A stretch of 64,000 nucleotides of DNA, taken from Candidatus Colwellbacteria bacterium CG10_big_fil_rev_8_21_14_0_10_42_22 (GTDB taxonomy: Bacteria > Patescibacteriota > Minisyncoccia > UBA6257 > Colwellbacteraceae). The notes under the pieces were generated by a model. It was given only the letters and a program-made list of their open reading frames with translations. It had not been told where the DNA came from and made no database searches. Location of the stretch: assembly GCA_002773725.1 (NCBI GenBank), contig PFAH01000005.1, positions 17,456 through 81,455 of the forward strand. Reading direction: 5' to 3'. Below, one piece after another: positions 38,016-47,855 of this stretch. Numbering within the stretch: position 1 is the stretch's first letter; the number at the start of each line of letters is the position of its first letter. The translations under genes were made by a program, and so were the position numbers.

Positions 38016-40841
38016 ATGTTTAATTCTAAAAAGAAAAAAGAGGACAAGATTGACCAAGAGCCTTTTGAGGTTTTAGTAGATAAACCCTTAGAAGATGGAG
38101 AAAAAGATAGATTTGGGCATAGAGAGATATCCAATAGTCTTTTGAAAATAATAAAAAAGTCACCACGCCCCTTTAACATAGGCGTTTACGGACAATGGGG
38201 TGTGGGGAAGAGTACGATATGTAAGCTTGTGCAGAATGAATTAGAGCAAGATGATGATTATAAAGTTATTTATTTTGATACTTGGAAATATGAGCGAGAT
38301 TCGTTTCGTAGGCAATTCTTAATTACATTAGATGAAGAATTGGAACTTGAGCTTCATTATAAAGAGAGACTAAATCAATCCCTTTCTGTCCCCGTTAATT
38401 TGAAGTGGCGCGAGAAATTAAAACTGGTCTTTGGTGATTTATTGTTTAAGTCTTTATCAATTCTTGTAATAATTGTATTAACTCTACTCATTTTTCGGCA
38501 ATCTATACTGCCCTTAATTATGTCGTCTGATTATCTTGAGCTTTCAGAACGGATAGTTGATTTTGGCGTTATCGGTGCTTTAATATCTTTCATTCTAAAT
38601 TCAATTAAACAGTTTACTACTACAAAGACGGTGCATAGAACTGATTCCGCTGAAGGATTCGAGGACCACTTCACTAAAATTTTAGATAAAGTCAAAACAA
38701 AAAACCTAGTGGTGATAATAGACAACCTCGATCGTTTATCAAGTAAAAATGCCGTAGGTCTTTTGGGGGATATTAAAACTTTCTTATCGAATGAGAAGTA
38801 TGGCTTGGATAAACATAAGGTAAGAAACAAAACTTTATTTATTGTTCCTTGCGACAATAAAGCTATCAATGATCAGCTTGTTAAGCAGTATGGGAAACGC
38901 TTCGATTCAGAGGAATATCTAAGAAAATTTTTTAATCACTCGATACAGATACCCAAGTTTCTTGATATTGAGTTGGACGACTTTATTGTTGAGAAGTTGA
39001 ATGACACAAAGATCGAAGTATTTGAGAATAACCTAGAACTCGCTTTTGTCTTGAATTATGCATTTCGAAATAATCCTCGGGAGATTATTCAGTTTGTAAA
39101 CTCTTTGATATCACTTTATCTATTAGCAAGAGAGAGGGGTATATCTCGAGTTATCGAGAAGGATAGAATTGCTTTTCTTGCAAAGGTTTTGGTAGTTAGG
39201 GTCAAATGGCCCAAACTTTATAGCGTTATTGAAGACAGAATATTAAGAACTTCAGATAAATTGGATGAAATAAGTTCACAACTCGATGATAGTTCGGAGA
39301 GTAAGGAACTCACGACATTTCTGGAGTCAACGCCTCACATAAATGATAAGGAATATGAAGACATCTACTTCTCATTGAGGCAAAGTCCCGCACAAAAAGC
39401 GATTCCAGAGTGGGGAAGTTTTGTGATCTCCCTACAGGATGGTCGAAGCAAGGATGTTGAAAGAATATACCTCGATACTAAGCCAGAGAAATTAATAGAA
39501 TTGAGTAAACTCCTTGGTTATTACTGCAGACGTAATAAGAGAAACGAGAACTTACTATTTAATATATTCTTAACATTTCACCCAATAGTAAAAACTGAGG
39601 ATTTGAAGTACTTTCAAAACGTTTTTCTTTTGGCATTTCAAGAAATAAATATTCAAAAATTTGCTGATTCTATAGATAACCTCAAATATTCTTCTATATT
39701 TGCGGATGGCCTCAAGGATATATCTCCATCAAATAAAAAAGAATTCAGTAGACACTTGGTTTCTTTGATAGAGCGACTAACTGCCATAGATAATATAGAG
39801 CGAGAAAAGGTAAGTTCTATAAAAGAAGCTTTCGAGATAGCAAGCAGTGATAAAAATAAAGATAACTTTAGTTTTCTGTTGAGTAAATTATCTCAAGCAA
39901 AAAAACAGTTTTTTAAACAATTGAAGTATCAGGAATTATTTCCAGAGGTAGAAAAAGCCGAAAAATTTCGTAAGGATATATTAGACGATATTCTAGATAT
40001 CCTAACTTCTCTGGGTCCGATAAGTAGCATACATTATGCGGTTGGCCTCGATCTTTTTGGTAATCTATTGCAATGGGCTCCAATTACTGAAGATGATGAA
40101 ATAAGATTTAGCACTCTTGAGAGAAGTTTAGATTTTCTATCAAAATCTACACCACCAAGACCAGCAGACGACACACTGGGCCAGACACTAAGTACATTTA
40201 CTACGCGTATATCTACTTGGTATCAAGCCAATAAAACAACCGAAGAACGTGCTTTGTGTATAAAGATTTTTCAGAAAATTGATCTAGATATTAATCCGAA
40301 CAAAGAACCAAAATCCTCTATACGGGCATACATCTCAGACATTAATAATAAACCAAATGTAATTATTGATGTTTTAGGTAAAGATTTTTTAACCAAAGAC
40401 GGCATTGGTCGGGACGCTTTGATAAATAGAAGTGGAAATTCTTTAGACTTGCTCAATGAGTTGCCTATGAAAACAAGATTAACGAAGGGTGAAAAATCTA
40501 CTATTTTTAATAGTCTTCTAGGAAAAGAGGAAGAGGCACTTTCATTCCTTGAATATGTTAATTATAGTATCCCATCTGAAAACAATGGGAATCAGAACTT
40601 TTTAAAAAACATTGTCCTGAGAATGATAAATGCGAGTAGTTTTTCCGATACGGGGCTCTTGAGAAGATGGCTGGACGCTATTGGCAAATTGGGTGTTCAA
40701 TCGGACCAGGTTGATCCTTTTGTCCAAAAATTGAGACAGACACGTACTTTATCAGATGAACATAAACAAGTCGTTTTAGATTTTGTCAGTAAGAACTCTA
40801 GAGAGTTCGGCGACTTGGTAGTAAAAGAGTTTCAAGAATAA
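38016..40841 (+). CDS. KAP-family P-loop NTPase with inserted transmembrane helices
   Basis: NIGVYGQWGVGKST (Walker A) followed by the KAP hallmark YFDTWKYERD, two TM helices inserted in the NTPase domain, Walker B VVIIDNLDR; 941 aa. Confidence 0.8.
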   Translation: MFNSKKKKEDKIDQEPFEVLVDKPLEDGEKDRFGHREISNSLLKIIKKSPRPFNIGVYGQWGVGKSTICKLVQNELEQDDDYKVIYFDTWKYERDSFRRQFLITLDEELELELHYKERLNQSLSVPVNLKWREKLKLVFGDLLFKSLSILVIIVLTLLIFRQSILPLIMSSDYLELSERIVDFGVIGALISFILNSIKQFTTTKTVHRTDSAEGFEDHFTKILDKVKTKNLVVIIDNLDRLSSKNAVGLLGDIKTFLSNEKYGLDKHKVRNKTLFIVPCDNKAINDQLVKQYGKRFDSEEYLRKFFNHSIQIPKFLDIELDDFIVEKLNDTKIEVFENNLELAFVLNYAFRNNPREIIQFVNSLISLYLLARERGISRVIEKDRIAFLAKVLVVRVKWPKLYSVIEDRILRTSDKLDEISSQLDDSSESKELTTFLESTPHINDKEYEDIYFSLRQSPAQKAIPEWGSFVISLQDGRSKDVERIYLDTKPEKLIELSKLLGYYCRRNKRNENLLFNIFLTFHPIVKTEDLKYFQNVFLLAFQEINIQKFADSIDNLKYSSIFADGLKDISPSNKKEFSRHLVSLIERLTAIDNIEREKVSSIKEAFEIASSDKNKDNFSFLLSKLSQAKKQFFKQLKYQELFPEVEKAEKFRKDILDDILDILTSLGPISSIHYAVGLDLFGNLLQWAPITEDDEIRFSTLERSLDFLSKSTPPRPADDTLGQTLSTFTTRISTWYQANKTTEERALCIKIFQKIDLDINPNKEPKSSIRAYISDINNKPNVIIDVLGKDFLTKDGIGRDALINRSGNSLDLLNELPMKTRLTKGEKSTIFNSLLGKEEEALSFLEYVNYSIPSENNGNQNFLKNIVLRMINASSFSDTGLLRRWLDAIGKLGVQSDQVDPFVQKLRQTRTLSDEHKQVVLDFVSKNSREFGDLVVKEFQE

Positions 40842-40844
40842 TGT

Positions 40845-41951
40845 TTGATGAACTATCTAAAATCAAAGGGGTACTATTCTGACCTTTACGACCAAACGAC
40901 AGTAGAAAGATGTCGTTGGATAGAGAATTTCCACAAAGAATATAAAGCACCGAAGGCGGTAACTAAGGACGCATCCAAAGATGATTTAGAAAAGATTACC
41001 CGCATTACCCTCTATTACGACCTCCTCTTCACTACCGGTGAACGATATCTGAATAAAGAGAAAACAATCCAAGAATGGATTGAGCGAGACACAGCGAAAG
41101 ACGAACTATACAACTCCGCCGAGGCACCCGAGGGCATAAGATGTTTGACTTGTAGCAGTTCGATGACTGCAACATTTAAGGACCTACACAGCCCGGGGCT
41201 TGATGACGCTAAAGACAGGGTTTTTTTCATGTATGACTGTCCGAATAAATGTCTTCCGCGAAGGGCATTCTTTGATGACGGCGAGGAGTGGAAACCTAAA
41301 CCGCATCTTTGTCCTAAATGTGGAAGTGAATTGAAGTCTGATGACGAGCGCAAAGGAAACAAGATTATAACCACGGAGACTTGCGTATCGTGTAGCTATA
41401 AGAAGACAGACGAACTAGATCTGTCTCCCAAGAAAGAGAAAGTAGATAAGGATTTTGAAAAAGACAAAGCCCGTTTCTGCCTTACCGAAGAGAAAGGACA
41501 AGAATATATAAAGACTAAGGGGCAGCTCGAGGGAATGAAGCAGTTAGTAGATGAACTAAAAGAGCGAGATGAGAACAAGGACCTATATGATAAAGTTGCG
41601 AAACTCAAGAAGCTCACAATAGTTCAGTTGCAGAAAACCCTCGCCCCCGTTTTAGAAAAAAAAGGATACATAGACCTCTCTTTTGAGACACCCGAGATGG
41701 AACACGACGTTCGAGTAGCTTTTACCGTAAAAGACGGCAAGGACGGTAGAGAAGAGTACGACAGCCGTATGCAGCTCAAAAAGTCCATTGAGGGGGCTCT
41801 CAGGAGCACTAACTGGCATTTAATGAGCGATGGAGTCACTTATAGGCTAGGTATCCTTATGGGACGGTTAAGAGGCTACGAAAGAGAAGAAGACCTACTA
41901 AAGCTTGTTGAGCGACAGTCGACGGCATCAAAGGTGTCAATAAACCCTTAA
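40845..41951 (+). CDS. hypothetical protein with three C4 zinc-ribbon motifs; KAP NTPase partner
   Basis: CLTCSS...CPNKC, CPKCGSEL and CVSCS cysteine pairs; 4-nt gap after the KAP gene; no family assigned. Confidence 0.4.
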   Translation: MMNYLKSKGYYSDLYDQTTVERCRWIENFHKEYKAPKAVTKDASKDDLEKITRITLYYDLLFTTGERYLNKEKTIQEWIERDTAKDELYNSAEAPEGIRCLTCSSSMTATFKDLHSPGLDDAKDRVFFMYDCPNKCLPRRAFFDDGEEWKPKPHLCPKCGSELKSDDERKGNKIITTETCVSCSYKKTDELDLSPKKEKVDKDFEKDKARFCLTEEKGQEYIKTKGQLEGMKQLVDELKERDENKDLYDKVAKLKKLTIVQLQKTLAPVLEKKGYIDLSFETPEMEHDVRVAFTVKDGKDGREEYDSRMQLKKSIEGALRSTNWHLMSDGVTYRLGILMGRLRGYEREEDLLKLVERQSTASKVSINP

Positions 41952-42099
41952 AATGGAACATTCTCGAAAACCACGTTTTCATGTTCCGTTTGTTCCATTT
42001 GACCCCCGACCCACGAGCCTAAATTCGCTTCTGGAAACAGCCCCAAGAAACCCTTATACTGCCTCATAAGACTTGGTACCAGACCCGAGTCGCCCGCCA

Positions 42100-42173
42100 G
42101 GGCCCATGGTTCAATGGTAGAACACTGGTTTTGCATACCAGAGATCGGAGTTCGATTCTCCGTGGGTCCACCA
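42100..42173 (+). tRNA. tRNA-Ala (anticodon UGC), CCA encoded, G3:U70
   Basis: GGGCCCA acceptor (G3-U70), GTTC-AATGGTA-GAAC D-arm, anticodon stem CTGGT/ACCAG with loop TTTGCAT, T-arm CGGAG TTCGATT CTCCG, 3' TGGGTCC-A-CCA. Confidence 0.85.
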
Positions 42174-42270
42174 AGTAGTGAAAATTCCATTGATTTAATT
42201 CTTGGGCTTTCAGCCCTATGGAATTTCTACTACCTGGTCCACCACTCATTTAAGGTATAATAAACTGAAG

Positions 42271-42987
42271 ATGAGACTATCAATTGTAATACCAGCCCAC
42301 AACGAAGAACAATACATTGGTGAATGTCTAGACAACATATGCCAAAACACAATTGGCGACCCACGTCTGTTGGAGATAATAGTCGTTGACAACGCTTCCA
42401 CGGACAAGACGGTTGAAGTTGCTTCTAGGCGTCCAGGTGTTTCCGTAATTAGAGAAGACAAAAAGGGCGTTAACTATGCTCGTGAGAAAGGGAGGGTATT
42501 AGCTCGAGGGGACCTTGTGGCCTTCATAGATGCAGATACTATCATTAGCCCCACTTGGTTGGACGTAGTTTATGATTCTTTTACGAAAGATAAAGAAATG
42601 GTGTCGCTAAGCGGTCCGACTAACCTTAACAACACGTCTGCTATTGAAGACCTAGCGGTTGAAACCTATTGGTCTATGGCGGTTCCTGCATATAGGGCTA
42701 TTGGATATATGGCGGTAGGAGGAAATCTTATAGTTAAAAAAGAAGCGTTAGAAAAAATAGGTGGTTTTAATACAAACATCGCTTTTTATGGAGACGACGC
42801 AGATCTTGCCAGACGTTTAAGTAAGATCGGCAAAGTTGTTTTCGACAAAAAATTAGCAGTCCACACGTCAGATAGGAGATTGAGACAAGAGGGGGTTACA
42901 AAAACACTTACCAACTATATCGCCAACTATATATCGGTGGCAGTGCTGAAGAAGCCCATTACTAAGCGCTACAACGATATAAGGTAG
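42271..42987 (+). CDS. family 2 glycosyltransferase
   Basis: MRLSIVIPAHNEE...VVDNASTD...FIDAD (DxD) GT-A motifs; start set at MRLSIVIP rather than the upstream extension that overlaps tRNA-Ala. Confidence 0.75.
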   Translation: MRLSIVIPAHNEEQYIGECLDNICQNTIGDPRLLEIIVVDNASTDKTVEVASRRPGVSVIREDKKGVNYAREKGRVLARGDLVAFIDADTIISPTWLDVVYDSFTKDKEMVSLSGPTNLNNTSAIEDLAVETYWSMAVPAYRAIGYMAVGGNLIVKKEALEKIGGFNTNIAFYGDDADLARRLSKIGKVVFDKKLAVHTSDRRLRQEGVTKTLTNYIANYISVAVLKKPITKRYNDIR

Positions 42988-42993
42988 TGCAAG

Positions 42994-45540
42994 ATGCCTT
43001 TATTAAATAGAGAAGATCTTAAAATAGACCGCCCCTTTTGGGCTATAGAGCCGAGTGAAGTAACGGCTATTTTAGATACACCCAATAAGGGGTTAAGCGT
43101 AGAAGAGGCCGAAAGACGATTGAAGTGGGGCGAAAACAGAATTCAAAAAGCCAAACGAGCAGGCAAACTTAAAATCTTATTAAGCCAACTTTTGAGTCCT
43201 CTGATTATAATCTTGTTAACGGCATCACTGATTACCATTTTCCTGAAGGACTATAAAGATACAATCTTTATTCTAGTCGCGGTTTTGGTAAACACCCTCC
43301 TCGGATTTTATCAAGAGAACAAAGCCGAGTCGGCTTTAGCTAAATTAGAATCATACATCAGAGAAATCAGCCGAGTGATTAGGGGTGGGAGAGATATGGA
43401 AATATCCGCCGAAGAAATCGTGCCCGGCGACATTTTAAAGCTCACTCCCGGCACACGCATATCAGCAGACGCCAGAATTATTAGGGCCAACAGCATTTCA
43501 ACAGACGAAGCTATTTTGACGGGCGAATCCTTGTCCGTTGAGAAGTCTGCCAGAATAGTCGAAACAGAAACAGAACTAGCTGATAGAACTTCTATGGTTT
43601 ATGGAGGGACTCTTGTTGTGGGTGGATCGGGTTTAGCGGTTGTAACAGCAACTGGGGCACAAACAGAGCTTGGTAAAATCGCTGAGTTAGTGAGAGATGA
43701 ACCTCACGAAAAAACACCTCTTCAAAAAGCAATTAATAAATTTTCCATTAACCTAAGCATTATCTTGGGCATTTTCATAGTTCTACTTTTTACATTTGGC
43801 ATTTATGCGGGTATAGACGTTCTAGATATGTTTTTAACATCAGTAGCAGTGGCGGTCTCCGTTGTACCCGAAGGGTTGCCAATTGCCCTGACTGTTATAT
43901 TGGCAGTTGGTGTAGAACGGTTAGCTAAGAAAAGGGGTGTTGTTAGAAAGCTTCTTGCCGCCGAAACTTTGGGTAGCACGACTATCATCTTAACGGATAA
44001 AACGGGCACCCTAACAGAAGCCAAGATGGACTTAGTGGATATTATCAGCGATAAACCTGAGAAAATTGTTTTAGAACTAGCAATCTTGAATACGGATGTA
44101 ATTATTGGTAATCCAATCGGCGCTCCTAAAAACTGGCAGTTAAGTGGACATCCAATACATGTGGCTATTATTAAATCCGCCATTGAAAAGGGCTTGATGC
44201 CAGCAGATGTTTTCAAGCGCAACGAAATTTTAGAAACCACACCCTTTAACTCAAAAGACAAGTTTGCAGCTGTTCATGCAAAGCTGGACAACAGAAGTCG
44301 CTGGGTATATTTAGGAGCTCCCGACTATCTACTTGAGCAATCTAATGCCCCTACTTCATTCAAAGAAGAAATGTCAAACAATATAAACGAACTTGCTTTT
44401 TCTGGACACAGAATTTTAGGCGTTTCGGTTGATAACAATTTTACCGCCCTCTTGGTCTTTAAAGACCCCGTTCGTCCATCTGTGAAAGAAGCCATATCGG
44501 AAGTTAAGGATTATGGTGTTCGCACTGTAATCGTGACAGGCGACCACTTGGGCACTGCTATCTCTGTTGCTAATGAACTTGGGCTAAATGTAAGAGAAGG
44601 CGAGGCAATTGTGGGAAAGGAATTGAAGCTTATGACAGATGAAGAGCTTGAATTAGCTAAAGATAAAATTAAGGTCTATGCCAGAGTGACCCCCTCTGAC
44701 AAATTAAGGATTACAGAGATGTATAAAAAAATGGGCGAGGTGGTGGCCGTGACTGGAGACGGTATTAACGACGCACCCGCCCTAAAGGGCGCCAATATAG
44801 GAATAGCCGTTGGCTCTGGGAGTGATGTGGCCAAAGGAGCATCGGATCTTATTCTCTTAGATGACAACTTTGAAACCATTGTAGAGGCGGTAAAAGAGGG
44901 GAGACGCATATTAGAAAATATTAAAAAGGTAATTGTTTATCTATTATCCGGTATTTTAGATGAATTAATTCTAATTGGTGGAGCTCTTTTGGTGGGGGTG
45001 GCTCTTCCTCTTAACGCTCTTCAAATTTTATGGGTTAATTTTTTTGCAGATAGTTTCCCGGCTGTTGCCCTAGCTTTTGAGAAAGGCAGTGGCGGATCGA
45101 AAAGAAAATCAACCCTTATTAGAGGCAAGCTTTTAGATGATGAAATGAAGTTTTTAATTTGGGTTATTGGTGTCGCCACCAGCGTGATGCTTTTATTTAT
45201 CTACTTTTATCTCCTAGCCCAAGGATACAATCCTCAAATGGCTAGAACCTTTATTTTCGCCAGCTTCTCCGTCTATACTCTTTTTCTAATTTTTTCAATT
45301 AAATCATTGAGCGACAGTATCTTTACATATAATCCGTTTTCGAACATGTATTTAGTTTTAGGAACTTCGATTGGGTTTCTATTAACAGCTTTGGCGATCT
45401 ATGTGCCCTTACTACAAGACGTATTAGACACTGTTTCTTTGCCCGTTAATTGGCTTTTGGGTGTATTGGCGGTGGGCGTGGTAAATATTGTGGCTATAGA
45501 GTTTGGCAAGTTTCTATTCCGCATTCGGGATAGAGTTTGA
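42994..45540 (+). CDS. P-type cation-transporting ATPase (type II, Ca2+/Mg2+-like)
   Basis: Phosphorylation motif DKTGTLT, hinge GDGINDAPAL, TGES actuator motif, 10 TM helices. Confidence 0.9.
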   Translation: MPLLNREDLKIDRPFWAIEPSEVTAILDTPNKGLSVEEAERRLKWGENRIQKAKRAGKLKILLSQLLSPLIIILLTASLITIFLKDYKDTIFILVAVLVNTLLGFYQENKAESALAKLESYIREISRVIRGGRDMEISAEEIVPGDILKLTPGTRISADARIIRANSISTDEAILTGESLSVEKSARIVETETELADRTSMVYGGTLVVGGSGLAVVTATGAQTELGKIAELVRDEPHEKTPLQKAINKFSINLSIILGIFIVLLFTFGIYAGIDVLDMFLTSVAVAVSVVPEGLPIALTVILAVGVERLAKKRGVVRKLLAAETLGSTTIILTDKTGTLTEAKMDLVDIISDKPEKIVLELAILNTDVIIGNPIGAPKNWQLSGHPIHVAIIKSAIEKGLMPADVFKRNEILETTPFNSKDKFAAVHAKLDNRSRWVYLGAPDYLLEQSNAPTSFKEEMSNNINELAFSGHRILGVSVDNNFTALLVFKDPVRPSVKEAISEVKDYGVRTVIVTGDHLGTAISVANELGLNVREGEAIVGKELKLMTDEELELAKDKIKVYARVTPSDKLRITEMYKKMGEVVAVTGDGINDAPALKGANIGIAVGSGSDVAKGASDLILLDDNFETIVEAVKEGRRILENIKKVIVYLLSGILDELILIGGALLVGVALPLNALQILWVNFFADSFPAVALAFEKGSGGSKRKSTLIRGKLLDDEMKFLIWVIGVATSVMLLFIYFYLLAQGYNPQMARTFIFASFSVYTLFLIFSIKSLSDSIFTYNPFSNMYLVLGTSIGFLLTALAIYVPLLQDVLDTVSLPVNWLLGVLAVGVVNIVAIEFGKFLFRIRDRV

Positions 45541-45557
45541 TATAATCTAAGAGATTT

Positions 45558-47855
45558 ATGAAATCTAAAAAAGGATTTACTTTAATGGAGCTTTTGATCT
45601 ACGTTTCCATGCTAGCTATAGTTGGGGGACTTCTGACGAGCATCCTTTACAACTCTATCAAAGTGACGAGTCGTGAAAACGCAAGCGCTGAGGTCTCACA
45701 GCAGTTAAGCTTGACCCTTAGCACTATTCAAAAGCTGGTTGGTGATTCGAGTTTAATAGAGGCAGCGTATGAAACACCAGGAGACCTTGATCCGACTAAT
45801 GATACAGCCGAACAGCGCCAAGCGGCATGTAGTGATTTTTGCACCTTAATGTTGCGGTTTGAGGACGATACGGTTGACCCTACGTGGATTGTTTCAGATG
45901 GAAACGAAATACGTCTTGTGAGAGGAGACGATAGCGAGACAGATGGTTCAGTAGACGGCGAAACTACTACCCAAATAACAACAGATAAAGTAATCGTAGA
46001 TTACCTTAGGTTTGCAAGATATGAGTTTGCGGGAGGTCATACGTCAGCCAAAGTAGATATATCCCTAACATACAATACAGATAACGAGAACTTTAATGTG
46101 ACAAGGACACTTACTTCTGCTATTGGCAGAGTGACAGCCGCAACGTTCGACGACAACTTATTACCAAACACACCCGACTCTTTTGATATAGGAGCGTCTA
46201 ATTATGAATGGCAAGATGGTCTTTTTGCTGGGAATATGTACGTGGGGGGCAATCTAAGCGTCGGCACAACGACGGCCGTTTATCCAATTCATATCGTTGC
46301 CTCATCAACGAATATAGTCGTCGATGCCGATGGAGAAGTGGGTATTGGCACAATTACTCCTGCATATACTCTAGATTTAATTACAGATACTGGTTCTAAA
46401 TCAAACGAGCCAGTTATTAACCTTTCTAGACACACAGACGAAGCCACGGACAACGGCGTCATTTCTTTTACAAAAACAAGAGGAACCAACAGCTCTCCAA
46501 GCGCTTTGGCAGCCGAAGACGAAATAGGGGTTATCGCTGTCCGAGGATGGACTTCTGACCAATATAGATTGAGCGCAGCCATTAAATTTGTAGCTGATGC
46601 CGAATGGGGTACTGCAAGTGATAGCACAGATATGCCACAGCGAACGGAATTTTATACAACACCCGACGGCTCAGCTACTCAGGCCTTGAGAATGATTCTT
46701 TTGAGCAATGGCAATGTTGGTATTGGAACATCAACTCCTGCGGGGGCTCTACACATAGATACTCGTGGGGTAGATACGGCCGATGAAGAGGGTATTCGTG
46801 TAGATACGGGTATTAACGAGAGTCAATATGTAGGTAGTGCAAACAACAATTTGGTGCATCATCTTTGGTCAGATGCTGATGGTGACGGGGTTTATAGTAT
46901 ACGCGCCAGTGATGGAGATACTAACGTGCGACTTTATGCACAAGATGATGGGACATCATACTTTGGCGTCAGCGGAGGAGCAGTAGCGATTGGCAAAACC
47001 AGCACGGATAACGGTGTAACTGCGGGCCTCGAGTTCAACGCTACGGGATTGAGTTATATCACTACTGATGCCGCACTTCCCTTAAACATTAATAGATTAA
47101 CAAACGATGGTTGGTTCATCAATTTCAAAAGAGATGGAAGTAATGTCGGAAACATTACAGTTTCGGGTGGCACAGTTACTCTTACGGCATTTACGGGATC
47201 TCATTATGCGACTATTCATGGTTTAGGTATCGAACGTGGATTGTTAGTAGATATGGACGGGGGAAATAAATACCTATATAACAATCCAGGTCTCGAGATA
47301 GCTTATGGGGTTTCTCTGTCTAACACAGAGAATAGTAATAAGATATTAGGTGTCTATCTTTCTGAAGATAAAGAGATGGAGGCGGACGACCCCCATAACG
47401 ACAATCTTCATCTAATAGCGGCCGTTGGGAATATGGATCTTTGGGTGGCTGATGATGGGGAAGATATAGGAATTGGGGATTTGCTTGTATCTTCCGACCT
47501 AATCGCCGGTCATGCCATGAAAGACCCCCGTGCAGACGGGGAGTCATATATTGTTGCTCGGGCAGGAGAAAACATTAACTGGTCTAATGTAACAGAATCC
47601 GTGAATGGCATTAAGCACAAGAAAATCAGCGTTCTTATCGACCCTTTCGTTAGAAATAATACTGATGTTCAAATAGAAGCACTGGTTAATAAAATAGAAG
47701 AGTTGACGGGACAGGATATAGATTTGGATGAATTAATGAGAGAGCAGGAGAAAGATGAAAAGACCTCTTCAACCCAAGCCATTTTAGGAGCTGGATTACT
47801 TGGCGGACTTTTAGGAGGAGCCGTTATCCTGCTTTTGCTAGAACGAAAACACTAA
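45558..47855 (+). CDS. giant type IV pilin-like protein (765 aa) with prepilin leader and C-terminal TM anchor
   Basis: Class III signal MKSKKG|FTLMELLIYVSMLAIVGG; long Gly/Thr/Asp-rich beta-rich body; C-terminal hydrophobic ILGAGLLGGLLGGAVILLLL. Confidence 0.6.
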   Translation: MKSKKGFTLMELLIYVSMLAIVGGLLTSILYNSIKVTSRENASAEVSQQLSLTLSTIQKLVGDSSLIEAAYETPGDLDPTNDTAEQRQAACSDFCTLMLRFEDDTVDPTWIVSDGNEIRLVRGDDSETDGSVDGETTTQITTDKVIVDYLRFARYEFAGGHTSAKVDISLTYNTDNENFNVTRTLTSAIGRVTAATFDDNLLPNTPDSFDIGASNYEWQDGLFAGNMYVGGNLSVGTTTAVYPIHIVASSTNIVVDADGEVGIGTITPAYTLDLITDTGSKSNEPVINLSRHTDEATDNGVISFTKTRGTNSSPSALAAEDEIGVIAVRGWTSDQYRLSAAIKFVADAEWGTASDSTDMPQRTEFYTTPDGSATQALRMILLSNGNVGIGTSTPAGALHIDTRGVDTADEEGIRVDTGINESQYVGSANNNLVHHLWSDADGDGVYSIRASDGDTNVRLYAQDDGTSYFGVSGGAVAIGKTSTDNGVTAGLEFNATGLSYITTDAALPLNINRLTNDGWFINFKRDGSNVGNITVSGGTVTLTAFTGSHYATIHGLGIERGLLVDMDGGNKYLYNNPGLEIAYGVSLSNTENSNKILGVYLSEDKEMEADDPHNDNLHLIAAVGNMDLWVADDGEDIGIGDLLVSSDLIAGHAMKDPRADGESYIVARAGENINWSNVTESVNGIKHKKISVLIDPFVRNNTDVQIEALVNKIEELTGQDIDLDELMREQEKDEKTSSTQAILGAGLLGGLLGGAVILLLLERKH

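Noticed and set aside
41948-42249. Two minus-strand ORFs (80 aa and 61 aa)
   Set aside because: Both overlap tRNA-Ala(UGC) at 42100..42173 and the GT2 upstream region; no coding support.
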